A stretch of DNA of 64,000 nt. Source: an uncultured virus (IMG/VR IMGVR_UViG_3300027901_000780) (lineage: Duplodnaviria > Heunggongvirae > Uroviricota > Caudoviricetes). Below the pieces are notes generated by a model. The model was not told the origin of the DNA, did not search any database, and saw only the letters and a program-made list of their open reading frames with translations. The DNA lies in IMG/VR virus record IMGVR_UViG_3300027901_000780. One strand, 5' to 3'. The translations under genes were made by a program, and so were the position numbers. This document shows, piece after piece, positions 21,984 to 32,076 of this stretch. Every line of letters begins with the position of its first letter. Positions within the stretch are counted from its first letter, which is position 1.

Positions 21984-23098
21984 CCCATAAATACAAAGTT
22001 TAAAAATAATATCTTTAAATTATGAAATGAATGTACCTCTATTGCACATATTACATGATAAGTCATTGATAATGCTGATAAAATTAATCCCATACAGAAT
22101 ATATATAATACTGAATCCATTACTAAATCAGCACCTAATATAACCACTAATTGAAATGTATGTAATAATGCAAATACTACATTACTTATAATATGACTGA
22201 ATCCCCTTATTACTGTTGTACTTACATTATATCTTAATTTATCAACCATTGTCCTATGAATTAATGGAAATAATATTCTATCTGGAAATACTCCATGAAA
22301 GAATATACTCTCTCCAAATGGTACTAATGTAAAATTAAGGAATATCTCCGTACTAAATGGTATAGACATACTCATACTAACAACAGTACCTTCTGGTTCT
22401 AAATATTCATACCCAAGCATTGCCATACTTGCTAAACTCATCATACTACTTATTCCTATAAATATAACAATACCAAATGCTATACCCTCCAATATTCTCT
22501 TTATACTTACCCCACCTATATCTTTTAAATCTATGTCATCTACTCCTTCTTCATTAAAATATTCCTTTCTTTCTTTTGACAAACCTCCTCTTCTTACCTC
22601 TAACACATCTTCTACTCTGAAATTTTTCTCTAACATATCTCTCTCTTTTACTTGTTGAAGAGTATTCGGTGACAAAAACACTATCATACCAAATATTATG
22701 AGGAATGTATCTAATAGAAATATTGTTAAATTAGTTGGTATTTCATATCTTACCACACTCAATAGAAATACTATACTAAATAGAAATATTATTCCCAATA
22801 CTAAGAACATAATATTTACTTGTCGCCTTTCTAAACCTTCCGCCTCTAATAATGTTCTATAATCTTCTTCTAAACCATCCAACACTTCCTCATTTGTTCT
22901 TGGTATTTCTTCCTCATCAATATACATATATCTTCTCTTTGTTTTCTTCGTTCTTTTCTTTTCTTCTTTAAAAGTCTTTTTCTTTGCTTCCTCTATTTTT
23001 TGTATATTTCCATTTCTTACATTACTCATTAATTGTGCCAAATTTTGGGTATTTTTCTTCTTTATATCCTCTATTAATTCTTCTTTCTTTTTTACCAT
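21980..23098 (-). CDS. CPBP (Abi/type II CAAX) intramembrane protease
   Basis: VPFGESIFFHG (degenerate EExxFR), SNVVFALLH, HSFHN motifs with TM helices. Confidence 0.8.
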   Translation of the reverse strand: MVKKKEELIEDIKKKNTQNLAQLMSNVRNGNIQKIEEAKKKTFKEEKKRTKKTKRRYMYIDEEEIPRTNEEVLDGLEEDYRTLLEAEGLERRQVNIMFLVLGIIFLFSIVFLLSVVRYEIPTNLTIFLLDTFLIIFGMIVFLSPNTLQQVKERDMLEKNFRVEDVLEVRRGGLSKERKEYFNEEGVDDIDLKDIGGVSIKRILEGIAFGIVIFIGISSMMSLASMAMLGYEYLEPEGTVVSMSMSIPFSTEIFLNFTLVPFGESIFFHGVFPDRILFPLIHRTMVDKLRYNVSTTVIRGFSHIISNVVFALLHTFQLVVILGADLVMDSVLYIFCMGLILSALSMTYHVICAIEVHSFHNLKILFLNFVFMG

Positions 23099-23140
23099 TA
23101 CTATTCTTCCATAATTAATTTAATATTATTTAATATTTAT

Positions 23141-23452
23141 TTAAATTATCCCAAATTCTTTTAATCTTTCTTCTCTTAATTTTTTAATTTCTAATTTTCT
23201 TGATGCTAATTTTAATGCACCACAACTATCTAATGCCTTTAATATTTTATCTTTTGGAATATTATGCATCTCTACATCTATCATTTCATATCCATAAGAA
23301 TCTAAAGCACCTGCTAAACAATGTGGATCAACTAAATCTACTAAATTATCATATTCATGGTTTGTTATTTTCTTAATTTTTCTTATAAAATTCCTTTCAC
23401 TTGATTCTGTTTTTAAATATATTGGTCTTGCATCTTCCTTTTCCTTACTCAT
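23141..23452 (-). CDS. C-x8-GY-x21-C protein
   Basis: HCLAGALDSYGYEMIDVEM..ALDSC. Confidence 0.85.
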   Translation of the reverse strand: MSKEKEDARPIYLKTESSERNFIRKIKKITNHEYDNLVDLVDPHCLAGALDSYGYEMIDVEMHNIPKDKILKALDSCGALKLASRKLEIKKLREERLKEFGII

Positions 23453-23476
23453 TTATATTACCTTCTTTTTATAATT

Positions 23477-23872
23477 TCATAATTTCTTTAAATCACACTT
23501 ATTACTAAATGCTACTACAATATTTATAATATTCTTTTCTTCCATTATTTTAGAATTTCTTAATTTATTTATCTTTTCTATTATTTCTCTTTTCTTATAT
23601 TTTAATTTTTTTATTTCTTCTATTGGTATGCTCATACTAACTCCTATACCAATAGTTGTTAATCCTGCTGAATATGCACTTCTCATTGATTCTTCTAAAT
23701 CTTCAATTTTCTTATCTATTTCATATTTTTCTTTTGTCTTTTCTTCTATCATTTCTAATGTTTCTTTATAATCACCCACTAAATTCGCCAATGTATTTTT
23801 TATTACATTACAACCCATTTTTTCCATTTGTTCTACACTAAACAATAATTCTGCCATTCTTTCTAATCCCAT
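23477..23872 (-). CDS. CxxKKL family hairpin protein
   Basis: MGCNVIK...CDLKKL. Confidence 0.85.
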   Translation of the reverse strand: MGLERMAELLFSVEQMEKMGCNVIKNTLANLVGDYKETLEMIEEKTKEKYEIDKKIEDLEESMRSAYSAGLTTIGIGVSMSIPIEEIKKLKYKKREIIEKINKLRNSKIMEEKNIINIVVAFSNKCDLKKL

Positions 23873-23910
23873 TTTTATATCACATCCTACATTAAATATT
23901 AATATTAATA

Positions 23911-24231
23911 TTAATATAATTTCTTTAATTCACATCTCTTCTTTTTTGCCATAATTAAAATTCTTGCTATATTTTCCTCAAATATTCCTTTATTTTCTTT
24001 ATTTATAATCAATTTTTCTTTCTTTCTTTTTATCTGTTCCCTCATAGAACTTTTAATTTCTGTTGGTGGCATTAAACCTACTGTTTCTTCCATTGCCTTA
24101 ATTATTTTTATTAATCTTTCAATATCTTCTAATGTTTCTTCATAACTATTTACTTGTAATTCCAACATATCTTTTAAGTCATCACAATCAAGAATTTCTA
24201 TTTCTTTTATAACTACCTTTTCTTCAATCAT
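23911..24231 (-). CDS. CxxKKL family hairpin protein
   Basis: LDCDDLK...CELKKLY. Confidence 0.85.
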   Translation of the reverse strand: MIEEKVVIKEIEILDCDDLKDMLELQVNSYEETLEDIERLIKIIKAMEETVGLMPPTEIKSSMREQIKRKKEKLIINKENKGIFEENIARILIMAKKKRCELKKLY

Positions 24232-24533
24232 AATTTCCTCAACTCACAACTCTCTAATGGTATTTCTTTCTTTAATTTTGAATCTATAAATGATTCTAAT
24301 ATCATCTTTTTCTTTTCTATATCAATATACACATGTATTGGATGTATATTAAATTCAAATATTTCACTATTTTTTAATTCATTTATCTTTTCATGTAAAT
24401 AATCATAATCTATACATAAATTTTCTCCTTCTAACTTTAACATTTTTTCTTCTACTAACGACATTATTCTTTCTTCACCTGTAACTGGTACTCCCTTTAA
24501 TTTTTCTTGTACCTTTTTCCAGAACATTGTCAT
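24228..24533 (-). CDS. CxxKKL family protein
   Basis: LCID...SCELRKL. Confidence 0.85.
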   Translation of the reverse strand: MTMFWKKVQEKLKGVPVTGEERIMSLVEEKMLKLEGENLCIDYDYLHEKINELKNSEIFEFNIHPIHVYIDIEKKKMILESFIDSKLKKEIPLESCELRKL

Positions 24534-24554
24534 TTATATCATCCATATCTATAT

Positions 24555-24956
24555 CTATAATTTCTTAAATTTACAATCTGAATATTTATCTAATATATTA
24601 TTTAATTCTATTTTAATTTTATCTGCTTCCCTTATATTTTCTGCCCTTTTTTCATCTGCCTCTAATAAATCTTTTTCTTTCATTCTCATTAATTTTACTG
24701 CATTATTCCATTCTCTTTGTAATATTATTTTTGATTCTGGTTTTGCCCTTTTCATCCTTTTCTCTAAATTAATAACATACATTCTTGCTCTTGCTAATAC
24801 CATATGTGCATTATCAAAATCATAATCTAAATATTTTCTTGATTGAAATAATTTTTCTAATTTTTCTAAATTATCATTAAATTCATTTCTTATATCAGTA
24901 CAAGTTAATTGCCCAATTAATTCTTTTACTTCTTCCTTCTTTGCTTCAAATGGCAT
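24555..24956 (-). CDS. CxxKKL family hairpin protein with MPF N-terminus
   Basis: MPFEAK..LTCTDIR...CKFKKL. Confidence 0.85.
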   Translation of the reverse strand: MPFEAKKEEVKELIGQLTCTDIRNEFNDNLEKLEKLFQSRKYLDYDFDNAHMVLARARMYVINLEKRMKRAKPESKIILQREWNNAVKLMRMKEKDLLEADEKRAENIREADKIKIELNNILDKYSDCKFKKL

Positions 24957-26110
24957 TATTTACCTCCCCTTCCAAATAATTTTCCTATACCCTTTCTTAT
25001 CACATTTGCCAATCTTACCCCATCTATTATTAACCATGCTATAATAAACCCTATAATTGACATTAAGAAAAAGTTACCTACCATACCTAATATATCAACA
25101 CCTGCATTTCCTGTTACAGTCATATCTAATGATAAACCAAATGTATAATTTATTCCACCTATATTAAGGTAATTAAATGGATTATATCCTAATATTGCTA
25201 TCATTATATTTACTACTAATGCACCTCCATACAACATTGCACCAAAGAATATTGTTTTAGTTCCTCCTTCTGGATCACGACCTATTGTTGCATAGAATAT
25301 ACCTATTGCTATGATCATTCCTGGTAATACATATATTATGAAATTAAAAAAGTTCTTGAATGAACTAAATGCACCTAATATTGCACCTATTACACCACTA
25401 AAATCTCCACTCATTATACCACCCCATGCTTGATTTTGTTGCTCTGGATCACTTGTTACATAACTTAATTTTATATGAAATGGTAAAATATATACACTTG
25501 CCACCGTTTGTGACCATACCTCTACTTTTATTTTAACTATATTTCCATCTTCTATATTATATAATGTTTCTATAAATATTATTTGATCACTATCATCATC
25601 TGTATATTCTATCCAATAAAATTGTTCTTGATCATTTTCTATATATGTTATTACCATACTCCATCCATCTGGATTATGCCTATATCCTTCTGCCAATGCA
25701 GTTATTTCTATTGTAAATGATTCTAATTCTCCTAATGTTACAATTTCTCCTCCTATCCATACACCATAATATTCTGGTTGGTTACAATATATTTGTTGCT
25801 GACTTTCATGATATGTTGTTCCTAAATCTCCCGCTGATAACATTAATATTCCTGTTGATGTGAATAAATTACTTGCAAACATGAATAAAAATAGACTTAT
25901 TATAAACCACTTAATCTTTCCCGTCTTTAATAATATATAGAACGATAATATAAACCCTAAAATTGTTATTAAATATCGTAAATCTAATCCTATTGATGTT
26001 ACAAAGAAATATCCACCAACAAATGCACCTATAAGCATTAATGGTAATAGAAATGGTATTCTCTCTAAATTAACTAACCTCTTTCTTTTTGCTGGTCTTA
26101 ATTTTTCCAT
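24956..26110 (-). CDS. Polytopic membrane protein with extracellular beta domain; paralog of 27702-28427
   Basis: About 3 N-terminal TMs, soluble domain, about 3-4 C-terminal TMs. Confidence 0.85.
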   Translation of the reverse strand: MEKLRPAKRKRLVNLERIPFLLPLMLIGAFVGGYFFVTSIGLDLRYLITILGFILSFYILLKTGKIKWFIISLFLFMFASNLFTSTGILMLSAGDLGTTYHESQQQIYCNQPEYYGVWIGGEIVTLGELESFTIEITALAEGYRHNPDGWSMVITYIENDQEQFYWIEYTDDDSDQIIFIETLYNIEDGNIVKIKVEVWSQTVASVYILPFHIKLSYVTSDPEQQNQAWGGIMSGDFSGVIGAILGAFSSFKNFFNFIIYVLPGMIIAIGIFYATIGRDPEGGTKTIFFGAMLYGGALVVNIMIAILGYNPFNYLNIGGINYTFGLSLDMTVTGNAGVDILGMVGNFFLMSIIGFIIAWLIIDGVRLANVIRKGIGKLFGRGGK

Positions 26111-26144
26111 TTACTATTACCTTATACTAAATATTTATATTAAT

Positions 26145-26486
26145 TTATTTCATCCTTCTTAAATTACATAACTCTAATTCGCCCAATACAAATTGTGGAT
26201 CAATTTTATATATCTTTATTAAATCTTCTATACTTTTAATTTCTGTATCAAATTCTTTGTTTAAACTCTTTACTAAACATTCTATATTTCTCACATTTAT
26301 CAAATGTTTTAATTCATCTTGTTCCATTCCTGCAAACATTTCTTTTAATTCTGGTATTTCTTCAAATTTATTTTTTAATTCATTATATATTTGCATACCA
26401 CCTATTTCATCTGATTCTAAATCTTCTCCAAACAATTGTTTTGATATAATTCCATCTTTCTCTTTTTCATTTGACATATAAATCAC
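26145..26486 (-). CDS. Half ferritin-like (rubrerythrin-type) protein with paired-Cys C-terminal module
   Basis: ESDEIGGMQIY...QDELKH (E..Y / ExxH), then ECLVKSL..LCNLRRMK. Confidence 0.65.
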   Translation of the reverse strand: MIYMSNEKEKDGIISKQLFGEDLESDEIGGMQIYNELKNKFEEIPELKEMFAGMEQDELKHLINVRNIECLVKSLNKEFDTEIKSIEDLIKIYKIDPQFVLGELELCNLRRMK

Positions 26487-26493
26487 TCCTTAT

Positions 26494-27102
26494 TTATACT
26501 AATTCTATATGTTCTGCTCTTTCAAAATATTTCTCCTTTTCTTCTTCTGTAAGATGTTTATCCAAAGAAAATACAATCTTTTTTAATCCACAACCACGTA
26601 ACCTTAACTGATTCATCATAGACATTATACTTAATACTCTTGCCTTTGCCTTTCTTTCTTCCTCTAAAGCACTACCGATTCCTTTATATTTCTTTAATAA
26701 TTCAATATTCTTAATATGTTCATTAAAGATTCTTATTTGATTACCTAAATCATCACCCCACATAATACACTTAAGTTTCATATCAAATGGTTCATCTGGA
26801 TATTTTTCCTCATGTTCCTCTTTTTCTCTTGCTATTAGTTGTTCATCTTTATCACTTAATTTTCCTAATGGTAATCCCTTATATTTTATAAGTCTTACCG
26901 CACCACCAAACTTAATTAAATCTACATCTGGTATCAATGATTGTGCCTCTTCTACACCCATCTCACGTAAAATTAAACCTTTTATACTACTTAATCTTGG
27001 TTGCTTTGCAAACTTATTAAATTCTTCCTTAACATATTTAACTAATTCTTTATCTGACATATCCACTAATTCCATAATTTTCTTCATTTCCATATTTTTC
27101 AC
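26494..27102 (-). CDS. Protein with internal CxxKKI hairpin module
   Basis: KCIMW...RGCGLKKI. Confidence 0.8.
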   Translation of the reverse strand: MKNMEMKKIMELVDMSDKELVKYVKEEFNKFAKQPRLSSIKGLILREMGVEEAQSLIPDVDLIKFGGAVRLIKYKGLPLGKLSDKDEQLIAREKEEHEEKYPDEPFDMKLKCIMWGDDLGNQIRIFNEHIKNIELLKKYKGIGSALEEERKAKARVLSIMSMMNQLRLRGCGLKKIVFSLDKHLTEEEKEKYFERAEHIELV

Positions 27103-27110
27103 CTTTTTAT

Positions 27111-27623
27111 TTATTTTAATTCTATATACTTACATCCATCTTTATTCATTTTTAATAATATACCAACCATCTTACTTGATACTTTAATCTTTTCTTTCAT
27201 TATTAACTTAATTTTATCATTTAATTCTTCTAATTCTTCAGATGTTAATGGTTCTATCGGATTTAAGTATAATGAAGCACCATACTCTGCTTCTTCTATT
27301 AATTTAAATTTAAATTCATTCTCCAACTTTTCTATTTCTTCATTTAATATCTTATATTTTAAGAATAGATGTTCAAATAATAAATATAATCCAATACCAT
27401 CTTTTTCTTCTCTTTTACCAATATTTAATTCTGGTATTAATTCCATTATTGGTTTTAATCCACCATCAGAACCGTTATTATCCTTTAAAAAGGTTATTTC
27501 TCTCTTTAATTGCATATTTTTTAGTATTAATGAACCTATTATTTCTGTCTTTGTTCTTAACTGTATTTCCATCATTCTTACATCTATTTTACTATAATTA
27601 ATCATTCCTTCTGTCATAATCAT
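27111..27623 (-). CDS. Coiled-coil protein, paralog of 37142-37780
   Basis: KNMQL..KPIMELIP..SLYLNP; ends GCKYIELK. Confidence 0.8.
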   Translation of the reverse strand: MIMTEGMINYSKIDVRMMEIQLRTKTEIIGSLILKNMQLKREITFLKDNNGSDGGLKPIMELIPELNIGKREEKDGIGLYLLFEHLFLKYKILNEEIEKLENEFKFKLIEEAEYGASLYLNPIEPLTSEELEELNDKIKLIMKEKIKVSSKMVGILLKMNKDGCKYIELK

Positions 27624-27701
27624 TTCTCCATTATTTTTATTATATTATTGCATTACTATTCTTTATAATAAAAAATAATATAATTTATGTTATATTATAT
27701 T

Positions 27702-28427
27702 CTATTCTCTTCTTTTCCAATACCATACGCCTACTATTAGTCCAAAGAATGGCAATAGCATTAATAAGTATAATCCTAATCCTATGAAACCTATTGCTAT
27801 TGAATTACCTGCATACGCTGGAAAGGCATCTGTTATTGCACTAAACATTGGTTGTGGCATCCTAAATACACCTAATTCTAATGTTTCTAATCCACCTGCA
27901 CCTAATATAGTATTCATCAATACAAGTACTATACATGCTATGATACATGATAATACTTTACCCCATGAACCATTCATTGCAAATATCGCCCCTGCCACTA
28001 TTAAAAAGAATGGCACTATTACCTTTATTAAATCTACCCATACCCATATTCCTGTTGTATCTCCACTTATAGCAAACATTATTTCACTATATACTGGTAT
28101 ATATGAACCCCTTAATGCTGTTATATCTGTAAAGAACTCTGGTATTTCTCCACCTGTTATTTCTAATGATAAACCTGTTGCTAACATAAATGTTCCAAAT
28201 ATTGCTACTATACCTACTGCTAATATTACTGCTTTTAATTTGTTTTCAAATGAGAGTAATCCAAATCCCAAAAATATTATTCCTATGAATATTATGAAAT
28301 TCATACCTTGCAATGCTTCCATAAAGTATAATGCTATCATTAATGCAAATAACATCATTGCTATTAAAAAATAATGGGATTTTAAGTACCCTCTTATTGA
28401 TTCATATCTATGTTTTCCTACTTCCAT
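27702..28427 (-). CDS. Polytopic membrane protein
   Basis: About 6 TM segments, ends WYWKRRE. Confidence 0.85.
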   Translation of the reverse strand: MEVGKHRYESIRGYLKSHYFLIAMMLFALMIALYFMEALQGMNFIIFIGIIFLGFGLLSFENKLKAVILAVGIVAIFGTFMLATGLSLEITGGEIPEFFTDITALRGSYIPVYSEIMFAISGDTTGIWVWVDLIKVIVPFFLIVAGAIFAMNGSWGKVLSCIIACIVLVLMNTILGAGGLETLELGVFRMPQPMFSAITDAFPAYAGNSIAIGFIGLGLYLLMLLPFFGLIVGVWYWKRRE

Positions 28428-28441
28428 TTATCTTCTCTCCT

Positions 28442-28954
28442 TTATTTTTTTATTTTTAAATAAAATGATTCTCTCAATAAATCAAATTCATCCTTTTCTT
28501 TATTTTCTTCTATTTTTACTAATTTATCCTTTATATTTTTTATATTAAACTTTTTTTCTCTTTCTACTATACTTCCATTATTCATATCAGTATTTTTATT
28601 AAATATATTATTATTATAAAAAAATGTACTTAACATATTATCTATTTTACCACCATTATTCTGTTCAACCATTAATTTCTTTATAAATTTTTCTAACTTA
28701 GAATTAAATGAATTAATTTTATTTGTATTCATATTATTTATTATAATTGTTAATTCTTCATATATTATATTATGTTTTAATTTACAATATTCAAATTCAT
28801 CTAAAATAGTATCTTCACTTATTTCTCTTAATAACCTTTGAAAAACTGCCCTACCTAATCTACCAAATAAATCAATGAAAAATATACTACTATCTTCCCT
28901 TAGAAATACCACTTTACAATCTTTACAACTAAATTCTACACTCATACTTATCAA
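28442..28954 (-). CDS. Hypothetical protein with N-terminal CxxC
   Basis: FSCKDCK. Confidence 0.75.
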   Translation of the reverse strand: MISMSVEFSCKDCKVVFLREDSSIFFIDLFGRLGRAVFQRLLREISEDTILDEFEYCKLKHNIIYEELTIIINNMNTNKINSFNSKLEKFIKKLMVEQNNGGKIDNMLSTFFYNNNIFNKNTDMNNGSIVEREKKFNIKNIKDKLVKIEENKEKDEFDLLRESFYLKIKK

Positions 28955-29566
28955 CTATTTTTTTCCTTTTACTATCCATTTCATAACCTTTTCCATATCA
29001 AGATTTATAAATCTCTCCCTCATCTCCTTTAATCCCTTCTTTATATCCTTTTCTATATTTTGTAATTCAAACTCATAATAATCAATAGGTATTGGTACTT
29101 CCTTCTCAAGAAAATATAAATAATTATTACACCAATATAATGTGTTTATATCTTCTAATTTCTCACTTGTCTTTCTTGCTCTCCCCAAAACAACCTTTCT
29201 TAATATTCTTTCCTCTGCCATTCCTTCTTCTGATTTTTTAAATTCTTCACCTATCTCATTAATAAAACTATTTATACTTGCTTTTGTATAATTAAAAATA
29301 CTTGCTAATTGTGATATTGAATAACCAGATAAATACATTAAATACATTGGCTTAAATATTAAATTTCTATTTTTATCTCTTGCTTCTCTTGCCTTTTCTA
29401 ACATATTATATAATTGTCTTTTTGAATATTTTTTATACTCTTCAGTATCATCCTCTTCTGTAATAGAATCAGATTTTGATTCTTCTTTAGTAAGACTATT
29501 AATTTGTTTTAATTTTTCTAATTCTTGTTGTTTATCTAATATTTGTGTCATACTCTTAATCCTCAT
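28955..29566 (-). CDS. Helix-turn-helix DNA-binding protein
   Basis: YLSGYSISQLASIFNYTKASINSFI. Confidence 0.65.
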   Translation of the reverse strand: MRIKSMTQILDKQQELEKLKQINSLTKEESKSDSITEEDDTEEYKKYSKRQLYNMLEKAREARDKNRNLIFKPMYLMYLSGYSISQLASIFNYTKASINSFINEIGEEFKKSEEGMAEERILRKVVLGRARKTSEKLEDINTLYWCNNYLYFLEKEVPIPIDYYEFELQNIEKDIKKGLKEMRERFINLDMEKVMKWIVKGKK

Positions 29567-29605
29567 ATTATATTCTTCTAATTTCTCCCATTATTTCTTC
29601 TATTA

Positions 29606-29916
29606 TTATAATTTCTTTAATTCACAACCCATCTTTTTTAACTTTAACATTTTATCTGCTATATTCACACTTAACTCTTTTATACCATCCATCATAAATC
29701 TAAGAGTTTCTCCTTCTTTATCTAATTCTTCAGTTAATGGAATTTTTTACCCCACCAAAATATTTCATTTTCTCCTATTATTTTCTTTTTATGTTCTTCT
29801 ACTTTTCCCAAATATATATCTTTCTTTTCATAATATATTTTATTTTCTCTTTCTAACTCTTTTAATTCCTTATTCAAACTATTTAATAATATATCACAAT
29901 CTTCCATACATTTCAC
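29606..29916 (-). pseudogene. Frameshifted CxxKKL family member
   Basis: 5' part MEDCDILL...WWGKK; -1 frame continues IPLTEELDK...MGCELKKL-stop at 29606; junction at an A6 run (T6 at 29743-29748 on + strand). Confidence 0.65.
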
Positions 29917-29917
29917 C

Positions 29918-32020
29918 TCATGTTATATACATTTGTGTATTTTCTTCTACTATCTTTTCTTGTAATTCAGTTATATCAATAATTCTTTCTCCCCTTATTC
30001 CTATATCTATATTTGGAACAACTACCTCCTCTTCAATTTTATTTTCAATATTTTCCTTTGATAATCTTTCTATTAAAAATTCTGCTGGATTTACACCATC
30101 CATCAAGAATTGCTCTATTAATCTTTCTTCAGTTAATATATTTCTCAATATACCATACTTTTTTAATGGTATATATCCTAATAAATAACCTAATTGTTTA
30201 TCTAAATAAATTGCATCAACAAATCTTCCTTTTGTTTTCTCTCTTTTTCCATGTTCATATTTTATGTATTCAAAATTACCATTTACCAAATCTTTTAACT
30301 CATTTATTGTTATACTACCTTTTATCCCTTGATATAAATTTAAACCACTTAACATTATTGGTATATTCTTACAATAACATGATTCTGCAAACATTAATCC
30401 ATTATCTGTTTGTGTATTTACCTTCTGTATTTGTAACATTTTCTTTACCTTTGGATTATTAAACCATAATATAAAATCTTGAAAATCTCCACTACTTTCT
30501 AACTTTTCACAATATGCACATGGATGTGACGTTTCACCTGTTACTGGATCAATTGTCTTATCTAACTTTGTAAATACATATACTGTTCCTTTTACATCAT
30601 TTTTTTCAAGAAATATTGATAATGCACCTAATATACTATCTTCTATATCTACTTCATTTCTAATTTTTTCATTAAAAGGTATTTTTGTTAATAATAATAA
30701 TTGTTCCAACTCATTTAATATAATAATCATTTCATTTGTTAAATGAAAAAAATCAATATAATGTCCTGAAAATTGACTTCTTAATAATAATTTATGTAAT
30801 ACTTCAAACCTATCAAAAAATGCACTTACACTTATCATTAATTCTGGTTTTCTTAATGATAACTTTTTAATTAATTCATTATTTGATATTATATTTAATT
30901 CTCCTCTCAATCTAAATAAATATATTAAAAATTTCATTATATCATCTGTTTCAAATTCAATATTACCACTAAATACTGTTTTAACCATTTTATAATTCCA
31001 TATAAAATCATAATCTTTTATATGACTTAACAACATATCTGACCTTATTTCTTCTATATTTAATTTATCTATATATGATTCTATTGTTAATAAATAACTT
31101 TCTATTCTTTGTAATAATGGGATAATACTTCCATTTGATAGAAAAATAATATTACTAATAATTCTTTTCATTATATAATTACATATACCTCTAATATATA
31201 TTGGTTCTTTTAAATTATTTATATTTCCACCATTATAACTCTTATCAAAATATGAATAAACATTAACTATTAATGAAATATTTTTTACCTTTATTAATAA
31301 TTCTTCTAATTTCTTACTAAATGGTATTGACACAAAAGAATATTCTAATCTACTGTAATCTCTTGCATACATAGGAAAATCATCTTCTAACCTATATAAA
31401 CAATCAACATAAATTGAAAACAATTCCTCTATCTCTATTATACAATTTTTTAATTCTTCTTTTAATGATATTGTTTCTACTTTATTTTCTTGTTCCATAC
31501 TTAATTTTGTTTCTATTTCTGCCCTCAACTCTTCTTCTATTTCATTACCTATACTATTTAAGTCAATTTCAACAATACTACCTTTTGTATTTGTTGTATT
31601 ATTTATATCTTCAATACCAATATCTTCTTCTCCAATATCATCAACAAAAATAATTGGTGCATTTCTACTTGTTTTTATTTCTTTACTTTTTTCTTGTTGT
31701 TTTATTTTTTTAGATATTTCATTTATTTCATTATTTATACTTTCTATTTTTTCTTCTACCTCAGTTAAATTATTCATTATTATTTCAGTCTTATATTCTA
31801 ATTTTTCAATTTTCTCCTTTTCTGCACCTTCCTCAATTAATTCTTGATATTCTATATATTTTTCTTCTAATTGTATCCTAATTTTCTCATATTCTCCTTC
31901 AAGTTCTTTTTTCATATTCATTAATACAATAATTTTTTCATTTAATCTTTCTTCTTTAGAACTTTTTTTCTCTATATTAGTAACTTTATTATTTATTTCA
32001 ACTTTTTCTTCAAATGGCAT
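29918..32020 (-). CDS. Coiled-coil protein with possible C-terminal thioredoxin/glutaredoxin-like CxxC domain; MPF N-terminus
   Basis: MPFEEK; VYVFTK..HPCAYCEKLE. Confidence 0.75.
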   Translation of the reverse strand: MPFEEKVEINNKVTNIEKKSSKEERLNEKIIVLMNMKKELEGEYEKIRIQLEEKYIEYQELIEEGAEKEKIEKLEYKTEIIMNNLTEVEEKIESINNEINEISKKIKQQEKSKEIKTSRNAPIIFVDDIGEEDIGIEDINNTTNTKGSIVEIDLNSIGNEIEEELRAEIETKLSMEQENKVETISLKEELKNCIIEIEELFSIYVDCLYRLEDDFPMYARDYSRLEYSFVSIPFSKKLEELLIKVKNISLIVNVYSYFDKSYNGGNINNLKEPIYIRGICNYIMKRIISNIIFLSNGSIIPLLQRIESYLLTIESYIDKLNIEEIRSDMLLSHIKDYDFIWNYKMVKTVFSGNIEFETDDIMKFLIYLFRLRGELNIISNNELIKKLSLRKPELMISVSAFFDRFEVLHKLLLRSQFSGHYIDFFHLTNEMIIILNELEQLLLLTKIPFNEKIRNEVDIEDSILGALSIFLEKNDVKGTVYVFTKLDKTIDPVTGETSHPCAYCEKLESSGDFQDFILWFNNPKVKKMLQIQKVNTQTDNGLMFAESCYCKNIPIMLSGLNLYQGIKGSITINELKDLVNGNFEYIKYEHGKREKTKGRFVDAIYLDKQLGYLLGYIPLKKYGILRNILTEERLIEQFLMDGVNPAEFLIERLSKENIENKIEEEVVVPNIDIGIRGERIIDITELQEKIVEENTQMYIT

Positions 32021-32076
32021 ACTATTGTATCACCTTACTACTTTTTACTATTTTCATTTCTTACTATTTTTAAATA

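Noticed and set aside
28955..29566. Terminase small subunit call
   Set aside because: Only a generic HTH; no large terminase or portal gene adjacent
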